NCBI GenBank assembly: GCA_963767735.1
Contig: CAVYES010000005.1
Location: 32,001 to 96,000 of the forward strand
Length of the DNA: 64,000 bases
Origin: Candidatus Bathyarchaeota archaeon
GTDB taxonomy: Archaea; Thermoproteota; Bathyarchaeia; Bathyarchaeales; Bathycorpusculaceae
Reading direction: 5' to 3'
Numbering within the stretch: the first letter of the stretch is position 1; every line of letters begins with the position of its first letter. The position numbers and the translations under genes were made by a program. This document shows positions 47,998-58,948 of this stretch, one piece after another. The notes under the pieces were generated by a model. It did not search any database and had not been told where the DNA came from. It worked only from the letters and a program-made list of their open reading frames with translations.

Positions 47998-50831
47998 GAA
48001 AATCCCTAATTCTTATCGTATCCCTAATTCTTATTTTATTGCTATCAACTTTGATAAGTTTTAGACCAACCATTCAAACGGTAAAAGCTCAACAACTGAG
48101 TCCTCAATCAATCTCAGACAACTTTAGCACGGATTCAGGTTTATGGACGTATTTAGGGAGCGCATACAGAGACCCAACCAATGATTATTTAGTCTTAACT
48201 AATTCTGGCAACGACCAAGCTGGAGTTGCCTTTTTCAATTATGCAGTTTCAAGCTCTTTTACAGCTAATTTTAGCTACTTAGTTGGTGAAGGAAACTCGG
48301 GGGATGGGTTCACCATGTTCTTCTACAAACAGCCATATTCAACATTCAGCAACGGAGGCGATTTGGGTTTCAACACTCAATATGCAATTATCCCGGGGTA
48401 TGGGATTGAATTTGATGGCTGGCAAAACATACCTGGGGATTTCCAAGACATAGCGGGAGGCGTAATGAATCCGCCAACAGGTGATCCGTCTGGCGCCTAT
48501 ATTGCATTAATACAGAATTCTGTTGGTGATCATTTAGCATATTCGGCTAATGACCCGAGAGTTGACAACAATCAGTGGCATAACGTTTCTGTGATCGTCA
48601 GAGATTCTTCTGTTAGCGTTTATGTTGACCAAGGATTAGTCCTTCAATGGACTGGGGCACTAAACACAACTTATGCAGGGTTTGGATTCAGTGGAGCTGA
48701 TGGAGAAGTTGGAAGCAACTATCACATAATAGCCAACTTTTCAATTACTGCCAATAATTTAGGAACGCCAGAACCAATTCCTACAGGAACTCCTACACCA
48801 ACTGCCAACCCCGAACAAAGCCCAGTCATTTCTTCGGTAAGCCCGATCTCCCCGACGCTAGTGCAGAATATAACCCTCCAAGGCAGCGATTTCGGAAATA
48901 TTCAGCCCCAACTTTTGAGTTTAGGTGACGGGTCAGTTGATACCGTTTGGGGTGGTTCTACGCCGAGTATCGTTATTTTAGATGAACGTAATTTACTCTC
49001 TGCTGGAGCCGCAGGTGCATGGTCTGGTTTTACAAACGGACCTCCCGACCTCATCGGTGTTGTCCTATTAAGTTGGACTAATACAGAAATAGTCTTAGGT
49101 GGCTTCGGTTCTGGCCTCGGTTCGCAGTTTTCATGGAGCCAAGTTTTGCAAGGAGATGTTTTACAAATCCAAATTCAGACTGTTAGTGGAGTTGCAACGT
49201 ACAACACTAATGCCGTTTCAAATCAATCCAATCAAAATCTCACTTCTGGCTCCACAGGAACTCCGCCTGTAATTTCTTCGGTAAGTCCAATCTCGCCGAC
49301 TCGACTGCAGACTATAACCATCAAAGGCAGCGGTTTCGAAAACACTCAGCCTCAAACGATAAGTCTTGGAGATGGCTCTGTAGATACTGTCGATGGAGGT
49401 AACACTCCTTCAATTCAAATTCGTGATAATCATCTCATTGCCGATTGGACGGCGGGGTATGGAGAAAACGGAATTGGAATTATTCTTGTAAGCTGGTCGA
49501 ATAACGAGATTGTGTTGGGCGGATTTGGGACTTTGCTCACCACAAACGGTCAGGGAAGCTATAACTTACTGCTTGGAGATCCAATTCAAATCCTAGTGAA
49601 GGCTTCGGGAACTGTGACTTCGTATAATACTGTTGTATTAGGTTCTCCAGAAAACACGAACGACACCAATAATGGTCCAGCTCCTGTTATTACCTCAGTT
49701 AGTCCCATTTCAACAGATGTATCGCAGACCATAGTTATCAAAGGCAGCGACTTTGGAAACATTCAGCCTCAAACTATGAGTCTGGGAGATGGTTCAATCG
49801 ATACCGTGGGCGGAGGCAGCACCCCGGTGATACAGATTCATGATGACAGCTGGTGCGGTTGGGAAGCAGGCACCCAGGATGGTCCAACAACAGGCGCCGA
49901 TTCGATTGGCATAATAATGGTAAGTTGGTCAGATACAAAAATTGTTCTTGGCGGCTTCGGATCCGCACTTTACACAAACGGCCAATGGAGCATTTCACCG
50001 GGAGATCCGATGCGGATAGTGGTGTTGACTTCTGGAGGAGTGTCAGTATATGATACGACTGTAACTGGAGGTTCTGGCACCTCATCAAATTCAAGCACAA
50101 CTTCTACACCAACGCCCTCAACGTCTCAGCTTGTGGTTTCTTGCCAAAGCTCCACAACAACTTCAAACTTCAGGGTTGAAATTAACGGCAATTTAACAGT
50201 CGGGTGCATTGGCATTCAAGGAGCTCTAATCTACCTCTACTATAGCATAAATGAAGGAAGCTCTTGGCAGGGCTTAACTACGGTAAACACAGATTCAGAC
50301 GGAAACTTTTTAGCAGACTGGTTGCCTTCGGTGACTGGAAACTACCTGATAAACGCTACTTACGCGGGAGACTCAACTTATCCCGGAGAGAGCACTGTAG
50401 TTACCCTTGTGGTTACCCCATATCCATCTGAGAACGCTCAAGACGTATTTTCAGTCGCGTCAAACTCTACAGTGTCAGATTTAGCGTTCAATTCCACAAG
50501 CGGACAATTAAGCTTCATCGTTAGTGGACCAAGCGGAACAACAGGTTACTCGGACGTATACATTGCCAAATCCCTCGTTAACGACATATCAACCGTCAAG
50601 GCTTACATAGATGGAAACACATTAAACTACACAGTCACGTCAACCGCTGACTCATGGATACTGCATTTCACGTACCATCACAGCACTCATGAAATAACCA
50701 TAAACCTAAACAATGCGTCCACATCAACGTTAAGCATCACGCAATTGTTGCAAGGAGTTACTTACGGAGCAATAATTAGCCTGAGCGTGATAGTTGCACT
50801 TTTGCTGATTTTAAGAAAAAGGCAGGACTAG
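47994..50831 (+). CDS. Large surface protein: L-type lectin/ConA-like domain, three repeated domains, Ig-like domain and TM anchor
   Basis: GDGFTMFF/GIEFD/WHNV lectin-like motifs; three PVISSVSPI...LGDGSVDTV...SWS..EIVLGGFG repeats. Confidence 0.82.
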   Translation: MRKSLILIVSLILILLLSTLISFRPTIQTVKAQQLSPQSISDNFSTDSGLWTYLGSAYRDPTNDYLVLTNSGNDQAGVAFFNYAVSSSFTANFSYLVGEGNSGDGFTMFFYKQPYSTFSNGGDLGFNTQYAIIPGYGIEFDGWQNIPGDFQDIAGGVMNPPTGDPSGAYIALIQNSVGDHLAYSANDPRVDNNQWHNVSVIVRDSSVSVYVDQGLVLQWTGALNTTYAGFGFSGADGEVGSNYHIIANFSITANNLGTPEPIPTGTPTPTANPEQSPVISSVSPISPTLVQNITLQGSDFGNIQPQLLSLGDGSVDTVWGGSTPSIVILDERNLLSAGAAGAWSGFTNGPPDLIGVVLLSWTNTEIVLGGFGSGLGSQFSWSQVLQGDVLQIQIQTVSGVATYNTNAVSNQSNQNLTSGSTGTPPVISSVSPISPTRLQTITIKGSGFENTQPQTISLGDGSVDTVDGGNTPSIQIRDNHLIADWTAGYGENGIGIILVSWSNNEIVLGGFGTLLTTNGQGSYNLLLGDPIQILVKASGTVTSYNTVVLGSPENTNDTNNGPAPVITSVSPISTDVSQTIVIKGSDFGNIQPQTMSLGDGSIDTVGGGSTPVIQIHDDSWCGWEAGTQDGPTTGADSIGIIMVSWSDTKIVLGGFGSALYTNGQWSISPGDPMRIVVLTSGGVSVYDTTVTGGSGTSSNSSTTSTPTPSTSQLVVSCQSSTTTSNFRVEINGNLTVGCIGIQGALIYLYYSINEGSSWQGLTTVNTDSDGNFLADWLPSVTGNYLINATYAGDSTYPGESTVVTLVVTPYPSENAQDVFSVASNSTVSDLAFNSTSGQLSFIVSGPSGTTGYSDVYIAKSLVNDISTVKAYIDGNTLNYTVTSTADSWILHFTYHHSTHEITINLNNASTSTLSITQLLQGVTYGAIISLSVIVALLLILRKRQD

Positions 50832-50993
50832 AACTCCACCTTCCCTAAAAGTTAGAGCTCAGGATCCAATTCTTGAGTTTCCAAAAACCCAAAATGGGTT
50901 CAAATCCCAGCGGGCCCGCTCCCTTTTGGGTTCAGGTCTACCACAACGGTTAAATGTATTCAGCCGAAAGAGGTTTTAAGGAGAAAAAAGGTT

Positions 50994-52283
50994 GTGCGCG
51001 GGAACGATTACTCGTCTCTTTTGAATGACAAAGCGGTTAAGCGTTGGCGGGATAATGTCGCCCGCGGTTCAGTGATAACTGCCGAGGTATATCTCAGGCG
51101 TTTGGGACATTTCTGTAACGATTTGAAAATTTTGCCAGGCGATCTTCTGAAGATGAGCGACGATGAGCTTTATGATTTGCTCTTGGATACGGTTTCTAAA
51201 TTGGAGGGGAAAGGATACGCCGGAAGTTATATTCACTCCACAGTGAAAGCAATTAAATCCTGGCTTATCCATAACCGAAAGGAGGTCAGAGGTAGGATTA
51301 AGATAAGAGGGGCCCAAGACACCCCCACCCTTAAAGACGAACGTGTGCCGCTCAAGAATGAACTTAAACGGATTTTTTTAGCGGGCGACGAAAAGTCGCG
51401 AACAACATGCGTACTGATGGCGCATGGAGGCCTTCGACCTGAAACCATAGGACATTATCATGGGAATGATGGATTAACACTGCGGGATCTGCCAGAACTT
51501 TGCTTCGAAAAACAAGAAATAACATTCCTCAAAGTTCCAACAATGGTAACCGTACGCCGAGAGCTCAGCAAAGCTGGACATCAATACTTCACTTTTCTAG
51601 GTCAAGAAGCTTGCGACTACTTGAAAGACTATTTGGAAGGAAGACTAAGGGAAGGAGAACAACTTACCCTCGACTCAGCCATCATCACTCCAAAACAGAA
51701 GATGAAGGCTTTCATTAGAACATCAAATGTGGGAGACGCTGTAAGACTCTGCATTAGAAAAGCTGGTTTCCCATGGCGACCCTATGTTTTAAGATGCTAT
51801 TTTGACACGCAGATGATGCTGGCCGAATCAAAGGGGTTAGTGCTTAGGGATTACAGACAGTTCTGGATGGGGCATAAGGGCGATATTGAAGGCAGATACA
51901 CGACCAACAAGCAAAGGCTGCCAGAGTCAGTTGTCGAAGATATGCGGACAGCTTACGGAAGAAGCGAAGAGTTTTTGCAGACTAAGATCAAAGAGGAAAT
52001 CAGCGAGGAAAAAGTCCGCAATAGCGTCAGCAAACAACTTTTGGTGATCGCTGGCTACAGTCAGGAAGACTTAGAAAAAATGGACATAACCTCTATGGCC
52101 GACGAAGAAATTCAGAGCCTCCTTAGGAAGAAACTGGTGGGACTGCAAGGGCCAAATGAGGGTTCCCAAAAAGTAATTAGCGTTGCTGAAGCCAACGACT
52201 TTTTGTCAAAAGGCTGGGAATACGTTGCTAAAATCTCTGATAACCAAGTAATTATCAAAATGAACCATAGCGAAAATGTCTAG
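50994..52283 (+). CDS. Tyrosine recombinase/integrase
   Basis: GGLRPE (R), PYVLR, WMGH, RY catalytic pattern. Confidence 0.9.
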   Translation: MRGNDYSSLLNDKAVKRWRDNVARGSVITAEVYLRRLGHFCNDLKILPGDLLKMSDDELYDLLLDTVSKLEGKGYAGSYIHSTVKAIKSWLIHNRKEVRGRIKIRGAQDTPTLKDERVPLKNELKRIFLAGDEKSRTTCVLMAHGGLRPETIGHYHGNDGLTLRDLPELCFEKQEITFLKVPTMVTVRRELSKAGHQYFTFLGQEACDYLKDYLEGRLREGEQLTLDSAIITPKQKMKAFIRTSNVGDAVRLCIRKAGFPWRPYVLRCYFDTQMMLAESKGLVLRDYRQFWMGHKGDIEGRYTTNKQRLPESVVEDMRTAYGRSEEFLQTKIKEEISEEKVRNSVSKQLLVIAGYSQEDLEKMDITSMADEEIQSLLRKKLVGLQGPNEGSQKVISVAEANDFLSKGWEYVAKISDNQVIIKMNHSENV

Positions 52284-52421
52284 TTCGTTGCCCAAAATGA
52301 GGGTCAAATCTTACTTCCTAACCTGTCGCCTCGTTGCAGGCGGATTAGGTTTTAGAATGTGTAGCGAATCGGCAAGAGACGTAATTTCTAAGTAGCATAA
52401 TTCGAGGTTATTCAAAGAATT

Positions 52422-52679
52422 CTACGTTGTTGCCTTTGGCTCTTTATCCCATCGTACAGATCCTACGGCTGCGATTGGAATTAAATAGTCTTTTCCGGCG
52501 CTTTCCACTTCTACGTATGAATTTTGATATACTGATTCTTTGGTGACTATGATTTTTCCTACCAGTTCTTTCAATTGGCTGTGTTTATCTTTAAAATATA
52601 ATGTTCCAGTACCGCTTACGATTAAGCCTCGTGAAAGACACTCAATAGGCTTTTCTTTCTTTTCTTTCATACTATTCAC
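52422..52679 (-). CDS. Small hypothetical protein
   Basis: 85-aa beta-rich ORF co-oriented with neighbours. Confidence 0.55.
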   Translation of the reverse strand: MNSMKEKKEKPIECLSRGLIVSGTGTLYFKDKHSQLKELVGKIIVTKESVYQNSYVEVESAGKDYLIPIAAVGSVRWDKEPKATT

Positions 52680-52717
52680 ATCTTCCGTCTTTTCAAATTT
52701 GCTCGATCAAGTTTGGA

Positions 52718-53518
52718 TTAGTTTAAGAACTCAACAATGTTTCTCCAAAAAATACTCCTTGACGCTTCTGATGGAGTATTGAAATTCATCAACACTGGAA
52801 AAGGTACCGCGTGCGACTGCTTTATTCTTGGGTCGTGAGTAAAGTATATTATGAAAGCGTTTCTGAGGAAGTCTATGTCGTACATTTTTCCTTCAAGACC
52901 TTTTTTGCCTCCTTTAAGCAGTCGGCGGAAATCTGCCCTTGTAATTTGTAAGCTGGAATATTCTTTTATTAAACTCGAAATTATGGCCTCCAGTTTGGAC
53001 CACTTTGCCCGCCTAATTTTGATCTGGAGATCTTTTTTTGTTTGGTCAAACAGGCACAAAATGGCAAAGCTATACGGATCAGAAAAACGGAACGCTTCGA
53101 TCTGGCACGCTGCTCCAAGTGTTCGCTCTTTTAAGAAACTTCCGAAAAATTCTGCTTCCGACGGAGATAATTCGAGCGCTTCGCAGCGGAACCCATGAGC
53201 AAAAAAGAAAAGCCAATCTTTCAATTTCATTTCAGCACCTGTTCCAAATGAACCTATTGTTTTCATGTGAGGCACAAGCTCAGGAACGGCTTTATTGCCA
53301 ATTATGTCTTTTGCTATTTCTGGATCGCGATACGGCGCGCTTACCCGTATAAGAGTGGGGTGTCTAAAAAAGAGCCTTTCAAGTGCTTTCCATTCACCAT
53401 TGGTTAAATTGTCTTCGAGATTGTTATTCCTGTCAGCATTCCAGTCTATCCCTGTCGCATCACTTTCAATTGTTATGTACGGTTTCTTCTCAACCTTTTT
53501 ATTATTTGACATTTTCAA
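52718..53518 (-). CDS. Hypothetical protein
   Basis: 266-aa ORF; no family recognised. Confidence 0.65.
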   Translation of the reverse strand: MKMSNNKKVEKKPYITIESDATGIDWNADRNNNLEDNLTNGEWKALERLFFRHPTLIRVSAPYRDPEIAKDIIGNKAVPELVPHMKTIGSFGTGAEMKLKDWLFFFAHGFRCEALELSPSEAEFFGSFLKERTLGAACQIEAFRFSDPYSFAILCLFDQTKKDLQIKIRRAKWSKLEAIISSLIKEYSSLQITRADFRRLLKGGKKGLEGKMYDIDFLRNAFIIYFTHDPRIKQSHAVPFPVLMNFNTPSEASRSIFWRNIVEFLN

Positions 53519-53543
53519 CCCCTCTACCCGATAAATACGCGGA

Positions 53544-54668
53544 TTACCTTTTTTGCTTTATCGTTAGCGCGTTCGCTTCCAGTTTATAATCTATATTCAG
53601 AAGAATCCTCTGAAGGTACTTCCTTGCGGCTTTTTCATCCCAAGATAATCTTAGCTTTGGTTGGAAACGGTTGTCTTTTACAGGCCATCGTGGCATACTA
53701 AAAGTTCCCGATCGTATCGCTTTTTCCAAGTCTTTCCGGTAATCCAAAATCTGAATTTTACTGAGAGAATCTATGACCTCTTCAGCTGGTCTGAGAATGT
53801 CGTCGACGCAAACAATAAAGTTGTGTTTTTCAAGAAAATACTCTTCCATTCCAAAGTTCCAAAAACAACAAAGGAACTTCGGTATTTGGTCATCCATTTT
53901 CTCGAAAAATTCTCTTAAATGAGAAATCTTTCGTTCTAGTCGCTGATATTCTTCATATTCGTTGAGAGTGAGCGGAATGTCTTTCATCATCCTGTTGAAA
54001 CGCCACTGCGCCTTCGCTTTAAAATCCTCAACAGTATTGAGATCTTCTAATCTAGCTCGAACGAGCATTTTTGCAGATGCTGCTTTATCTTCTTTCTCCG
54101 TTTTAACTTTGCCCGACAGTTCCAAGCGACGTCGCATTTCATCATATAAACGTGCGTTATGTGGATATGCATTGGCGTCAGCTTTCAGATTATCTGGGAG
54201 CTCTTCGATTTTCTTCTGCATTAGAGCCCGAGTAACCCGATCAGTGATTATCCCGTTCGCATTGTCAAGACACACATTGATTTTCTCAATCTCTTCTTGA
54301 GTCATAAAATCCGTCAGGGCTGGTTGGCTGAAAACGACTGAAGCGCCAAGAGCATCTCTGCTCTCACCAAAGCACACAGACCCAGCAAAATCAACAAAAA
54401 TTGAAGCAAAACTTTTTCGCTGAACCTCATCTACTTTAGCAAAGCAATAGCAGCCTTTCTCCGAATCCCATTGCCTTATCACAAAATTGTGCCGGACAAG
54501 CTCAGTCAAATATCGGCCAAATTCATGTTTACTCTTCCTTTTAAGTGAAGGTGAAAGGCGCTCTTTTTTACTCCAGAGATCATTAAGGCTCAACCATTTG
54601 TCACCTTTTTCAGTCCAAAGATTTAGGATCTTAAGTGCATCCGAAAAGACTGTTGTCATGCTTGACAT
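53544..54668 (-). CDS. Hypothetical protein with possible N-terminal winged helix
   Basis: FGRYLTELVRHNFVIRQWDSEKGCYCF resembles a recognition helix plus wing. Confidence 0.62.
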   Translation of the reverse strand: MSSMTTVFSDALKILNLWTEKGDKWLSLNDLWSKKERLSPSLKRKSKHEFGRYLTELVRHNFVIRQWDSEKGCYCFAKVDEVQRKSFASIFVDFAGSVCFGESRDALGASVVFSQPALTDFMTQEEIEKINVCLDNANGIITDRVTRALMQKKIEELPDNLKADANAYPHNARLYDEMRRRLELSGKVKTEKEDKAASAKMLVRARLEDLNTVEDFKAKAQWRFNRMMKDIPLTLNEYEEYQRLERKISHLREFFEKMDDQIPKFLCCFWNFGMEEYFLEKHNFIVCVDDILRPAEEVIDSLSKIQILDYRKDLEKAIRSGTFSMPRWPVKDNRFQPKLRLSWDEKAARKYLQRILLNIDYKLEANALTIKQKR

Positions 54669-54751
54669 TTTGAGTTAACGATTAATTATATTTTTACCTA
54701 AGACCCGAAATGTGATCGAGCAATATCGGGAAAATCAGGAGAAAAAGGCAA

Positions 54752-54937
54752 TTGAGCCAAAATAATCAGAAAGGCTACGTAAACATCGCCAAACTACTAA
54801 GATCTGCTGAAGAACTTCCATCGGGATGTGCTTTACGAGAAATCTTGTTGTCTGAGCATTCTGACGAAATGCCCATCGAGACCTTTTTGATCAAAGCCCC
54901 AATATGGCTCAAATTATCAAAGCTCCCAAGGAGATAA
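54752..54937 (+). CDS. Small hypothetical protein
   Basis: 61 aa with a purine-rich upstream sequence. Confidence 0.5.
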   Translation: MSQNNQKGYVNIAKLLRSAEELPSGCALREILLSEHSDEMPIETFLIKAPIWLKLSKLPRR

Positions 54938-55246
54938 TGCGAATGACCTTTCATGCTTTTTTAAATCCTTTCCGCAAAAAATTAAACAAAGACATGGGTG
55001 AGCCACCCATAAAGCCTGCCATCTACTTGAAATTGTTGAGGAGAATCAGGCTTTGAATTTTGCCCCCTCATTCGAACCTCACGTTTCTATCAGACGAAAT
55101 CTTAACAATCTGCAAGAATTGTCGAAATCAGACGACAACTTTAAACCCCCCAGCGCGGCGGTGTTAACTTTTCGTCATATCCACTTATTGTTAATTTTCC
55201 GTCTGATGCTCAAGAGGTTTCTCAGGAGATACGGAGTCCATAAAGG

Positions 55247-56371
55247 TTGACTGTTTTTAACGACATCTCTAGGTCGCAGAGTCCCTTTCAAACAAAAATG
55301 ACCGATTTTGGACTGAATTCTTTGCCTCTCCCACCGGAGAATTTGTCGGAGCTTTTGAAGCCTATTATATCTGCTTCACAACTCCCGCTTGATTTTTACA
55401 AAGATAGATGCTTGAGGTGTGGGAGGCCGTTGGTGGACGATGGGAATCGATATAATATACACGAAACTAAGAAGAAGCAATTCTGTCCAGATTGCGATAA
55501 AGTCACAACGCTGGGTTTCAATCGAGGGTCTCATGTACCTCTCTGGGTTTGGGACCGAGTTTTATTTTCAACAGCGAAAGGCCATAGAAATGTTGACATT
55601 CAAGAAGAAGTGGAAAGAGAAAGCAAATTCCACGGAGCAAAGTTCACGATAAGTGTTCCCACGATATACAGAATTAGATGGGCAAGCGATAAAATTGTAG
55701 ACAATTTCGAGCCTTACGCTTTCCGTTATCTTAAACCTAAACCTATCAATGGAACCTGGTGCATGGATAGCCGATATCATGATTTGCCTTTTGACCCAAG
55801 CCTCTTTCCGGGGAAAGTGCTTGACCCGAGAAAAGGGAATCCCCACATGTATGTAACAGCTGTGCTACATGAAAAGGCAACATACTGTTTCTCCAGTTGC
55901 GTTTCAAAGTGGCGCGACAAATTCATCGGTATTAGAGCTCTTTCACTTGCAATTGATAAGGCGGGTGTTGAACCTGATCCTTTGAAAATAGATAGCGCCA
56001 AAGAATTAATCGCTGCCGCAAAAGCTCTGCTTCCTGCTGAAAAAATTCTGTGCATTAATAAAAAATACGATTTCACTTTCAACCAAACTATGGAGGGTTG
56101 GTTTGGCGTTTTTGGTTTACGTCACAACAAACATGAGTGCCAATATAAAAGACCAGAAACTCAGGAGTGCGCCATGAACATTTTCCGAGATTTCCGCAAT
56201 TTCGTATGGCCCTTTAACAAAACTAAAAAGACTCCAGCGGAAACATTAGGACTCATCCTGCCTCGAAATATAGGAAACAAATTAAGTTTCATTCCGCTTC
56301 TCGATTTCGCATATCGCTTCACTCGTTTTGTTGAAGGCGAATCTGCAAAGGCTAAGAACAAACGCCTTTAG
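55247..56371 (+). CDS. Divergent IS6-like DDE transposase/integrase with Zn finger and HTH
   Basis: CLRC...FCPDC, ISVPTIYR, WCMDSRY, LKIDSA, NQTMEGW, KTPAE. Confidence 0.7.
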   Translation: MTVFNDISRSQSPFQTKMTDFGLNSLPLPPENLSELLKPIISASQLPLDFYKDRCLRCGRPLVDDGNRYNIHETKKKQFCPDCDKVTTLGFNRGSHVPLWVWDRVLFSTAKGHRNVDIQEEVERESKFHGAKFTISVPTIYRIRWASDKIVDNFEPYAFRYLKPKPINGTWCMDSRYHDLPFDPSLFPGKVLDPRKGNPHMYVTAVLHEKATYCFSSCVSKWRDKFIGIRALSLAIDKAGVEPDPLKIDSAKELIAAAKALLPAEKILCINKKYDFTFNQTMEGWFGVFGLRHNKHECQYKRPETQECAMNIFRDFRNFVWPFNKTKKTPAETLGLILPRNIGNKLSFIPLLDFAYRFTRFVEGESAKAKNKRL

Positions 56372-57492
56372 TTCTCGGATGCTTTATCAATTAGCTCTCT
56401 CCAACTCATCTTTCCATTAGAAATGCCTGCCATCTCACCTGGCGTTCTTCCTTTTAATGCCTTATGTTCCCTTATGAGGTTGTGATGCACTTGATATCCT
56501 TCTGCAAAAACCTCTGCTCCCTCTGCAGAGTTCAAGTGACCCATCGATTTGAGGCGCCTTTTTATGCAACCATTAAGTGCTTCGATTTTATTATTATTGA
56601 TTTTTCCAACAAGCGGACCGACAATGTGCAGTGGTCTTATATTTGAACCCTGAATATCATTTTTCCCTCCGAATTCACTTTCAAGTGCAAAGTCGTAACT
56701 TTGAAGACCGTCCGTGACAACTTCAAGCGGAGAATTCTTTGTGGCTTTCTTGCCCTTCTGGAACAGAATTATTGCGTCTTCTTTGCTTCTGCTCTGGCTT
56801 ATGTGCTGCGCGATAAGCTGTCTAGTTTCAGAGTCAAGAAGGCACCACATCACCATTTGTCTGCCTCTAACTTTTATGAGAGTCTCGTCGGCGTGCCATC
56901 GATCCGAGGTAGTCGCTTCCAATCCTTCAGTGTAGCGTCTAACCAGTTCAACATATTTTTTTATCCAATTATGGATAGTGACATAGGAAACGTCAATCCC
57001 GAATGTTGATTGCAGATGCTGCTGTACTTCTCTCAAGCTTATGCCACGGAAAAAAAGATCCAAAGCACATACGATCGTCATCGTTTGGTTTTTCATTCTC
57101 TCGTAGCCTCTTCGGTCAGTTGAGAATTTTCTGCATTGTTTGCAGTAGAATTTCTGGACTGGGCCGCTTTGGTTACGCCTGGGCCCGACCTTTACCAAAA
57201 ACTTGTCAGACCTGCAAATTCTGCACGAGAATACACTCTCTGAATCTCGCATCCCTTTGGTAATGTCTCTGATTGCGATAAAATACTGTATCGCGTAAAT
57301 ATGTTTGCATTGAGCGTTTCTTTTTTTGTAGTCTTCACATTCACAGCACCAATGGCTCCTTTGCCATGTTATTTCATACCACTTTTTAGGATTTGATTGA
57401 GAACGAACCAAAAATTGGGACCGACTTATGGGCTTGATGCTATTTCCCTTTGCTAAGAATTGAATTGCTTTTGCTTCGCGTTTATTTGCCAC
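56368..57492 (-). CDS. IS6-family DDE transposase with N-terminal SWIM zinc finger
   Basis: CECEDY...CKH (SWIM), CRIC...CKQC, SYVTIHNW, WHADET, VVTDG, NNKIE, RTPGE. Confidence 0.88.
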   Translation of the reverse strand: MANKREAKAIQFLAKGNSIKPISRSQFLVRSQSNPKKWYEITWQRSHWCCECEDYKKRNAQCKHIYAIQYFIAIRDITKGMRDSESVFSCRICRSDKFLVKVGPRRNQSGPVQKFYCKQCRKFSTDRRGYERMKNQTMTIVCALDLFFRGISLREVQQHLQSTFGIDVSYVTIHNWIKKYVELVRRYTEGLEATTSDRWHADETLIKVRGRQMVMWCLLDSETRQLIAQHISQSRSKEDAIILFQKGKKATKNSPLEVVTDGLQSYDFALESEFGGKNDIQGSNIRPLHIVGPLVGKINNNKIEALNGCIKRRLKSMGHLNSAEGAEVFAEGYQVHHNLIREHKALKGRTPGEMAGISNGKMSWRELIDKASEN

Positions 57493-57504
57493 TTGAAGAA
57501 ACCT

Positions 57505-58833
57505 CTAATCTTTTCGGCTGGTTAAGAGAAGTGAGTTATGATTATCAGGAGCAACTTGAGTGATTGCATTATTGATTCTCGTCTGTAAGTCATTTAATAC
57601 TCGTCGTAAGTGCTTATCCAGGGTATCAATGTCTTGATCGATGCCGTCAGCGTTTGTCTCTATCCGCCGGGCTTTCTCCTTTATTCTTTTGACCCATTCA
57701 CAGTATTCAAATGCTTCTTTGATCGCTTCTCCAATTTTCTGGTCTGCGAAAAGTCTGCTAAAGTTTACTTCTTTGTGGCAGAAGGGTTGCAGTGCGATTA
57801 TGCTGGCCCTTAAGCCGCCGTATGCGACTCTAAAACATTCTCTATCTGTAACTAACATTACGCCTTCTGGGCATTGTTCGAAGAGGAAGCCGTTGGCGCC
57901 TTTGGGCATGTTGTCCACCGCCAGTATTGCGAAGTGTTCTCCTCTTAGTTTCATGTGAGTCCTAGTTTGTTGAATGAATAACCGGTTCCATCCGCTTCCA
58001 TTTTTTTTAGATTCTACTAAAATTTTGCTTAGATTTGCGCCGTTAAAGCGTGGGGTGGCTAAGATGTCAGTGTCCCCAGGGCCTCCAACATGTTCGCATT
58101 CATCTTCTGGGAAATACTCTCTGAGCTGTTCTACAAGTTCCAGTTCTCCTTGCCTACCCTTCTCAGAGGGAACTTTCTGGAATCGCAACAATTCTTCAAG
58201 CAGCGGCAGTGTTGCAGGCATCAACCGTGACAACAGCTTTAGTTGTTCAGGTTCAGGGAAGCCCATTTCTTCAAGAGTTTGCTTGAACTTTTCGGTGACT
58301 TCTTTCTTTATTGACTCCATTTTTCTTTCAGTAACTTCATTCAGCGTGTTAGTCATGGTTTGCATTGCGTTGAGTGTATCTTTAAATGTAGGCGTTCCCT
58401 CTCGAAGAGTCTTGAATTCGGTTTCTAACCTTATTCTAGTTTCTTGGAATTCTCCTTTCACATCTTTTCGGATATCATCGGGTAATTTTTCAATAATCTT
58501 TGGGAAAGTTTCGATGAACATTTTCATTGGTGCCAAGATTGCGTTCAACTGATTTTGAGTATTTGCAATCAACGTTTTTGATAGTTCATCAACGACCTCT
58601 CTTGTGTCAGAATTAAGCCCTATCTTAGGAATATTTGTCCACATCATCCTGAATATAGACAACGCTGGGTCGATTTTCTTTTCTTTTTCAAGGTTAGTTA
58701 GGAATTGAAGATTCTCAACAGCTATTGAATAACTGTCTGATTTGTTTCCACATATTGGACATATTTGCATTGTTGATATCAATACTCCTGCCGATTTATT
58801 TAACCACTCTACCACTGTACTATTATACATCAC
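57505..58833 (-). CDS. Coiled-coil protein with PD-(D/E)xK nuclease-like domain (DUF2130/RmuC-like)
   Basis: Long helical region followed by KGRQGE...GDTDI...LVESKK. Confidence 0.68.
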   Translation of the reverse strand: MMYNSTVVEWLNKSAGVLISTMQICPICGNKSDSYSIAVENLQFLTNLEKEKKIDPALSIFRMMWTNIPKIGLNSDTREVVDELSKTLIANTQNQLNAILAPMKMFIETFPKIIEKLPDDIRKDVKGEFQETRIRLETEFKTLREGTPTFKDTLNAMQTMTNTLNEVTERKMESIKKEVTEKFKQTLEEMGFPEPEQLKLLSRLMPATLPLLEELLRFQKVPSEKGRQGELELVEQLREYFPEDECEHVGGPGDTDILATPRFNGANLSKILVESKKNGSGWNRLFIQQTRTHMKLRGEHFAILAVDNMPKGANGFLFEQCPEGVMLVTDRECFRVAYGGLRASIIALQPFCHKEVNFSRLFADQKIGEAIKEAFEYCEWVKRIKEKARRIETNADGIDQDIDTLDKHLRRVLNDLQTRINNAITQVAPDNHNSLLLTSRKD

Positions 58834-58948
58834 TTGACAGCTTCATTTAAATATTGTGGTAAAGTCTCTTGGTAGTAAGCTGGTAAAATCTCCATCCTTA
58901 AATAATGCTTACAAGTAATTATGTAAAAGGCTAACGGAGAGACCTCAA

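Larger units (their letters stand above)
44670..50918. mobile_element. tRNA-Arg island B (regulators plus lectin-like surface protein)
   Basis: Ends in a 24-bp copy of the tRNA 3' end TGGGTTCAAATCCCAGCGGGCCCG (50895-50918). Confidence 0.8.

Noticed and set aside
57974-58552. 192-aa plus-strand ORF
   Set aside because: Antisense shadow of the coiled-coil nuclease gene, with the Ser/Phe-rich composition typical of such shadows
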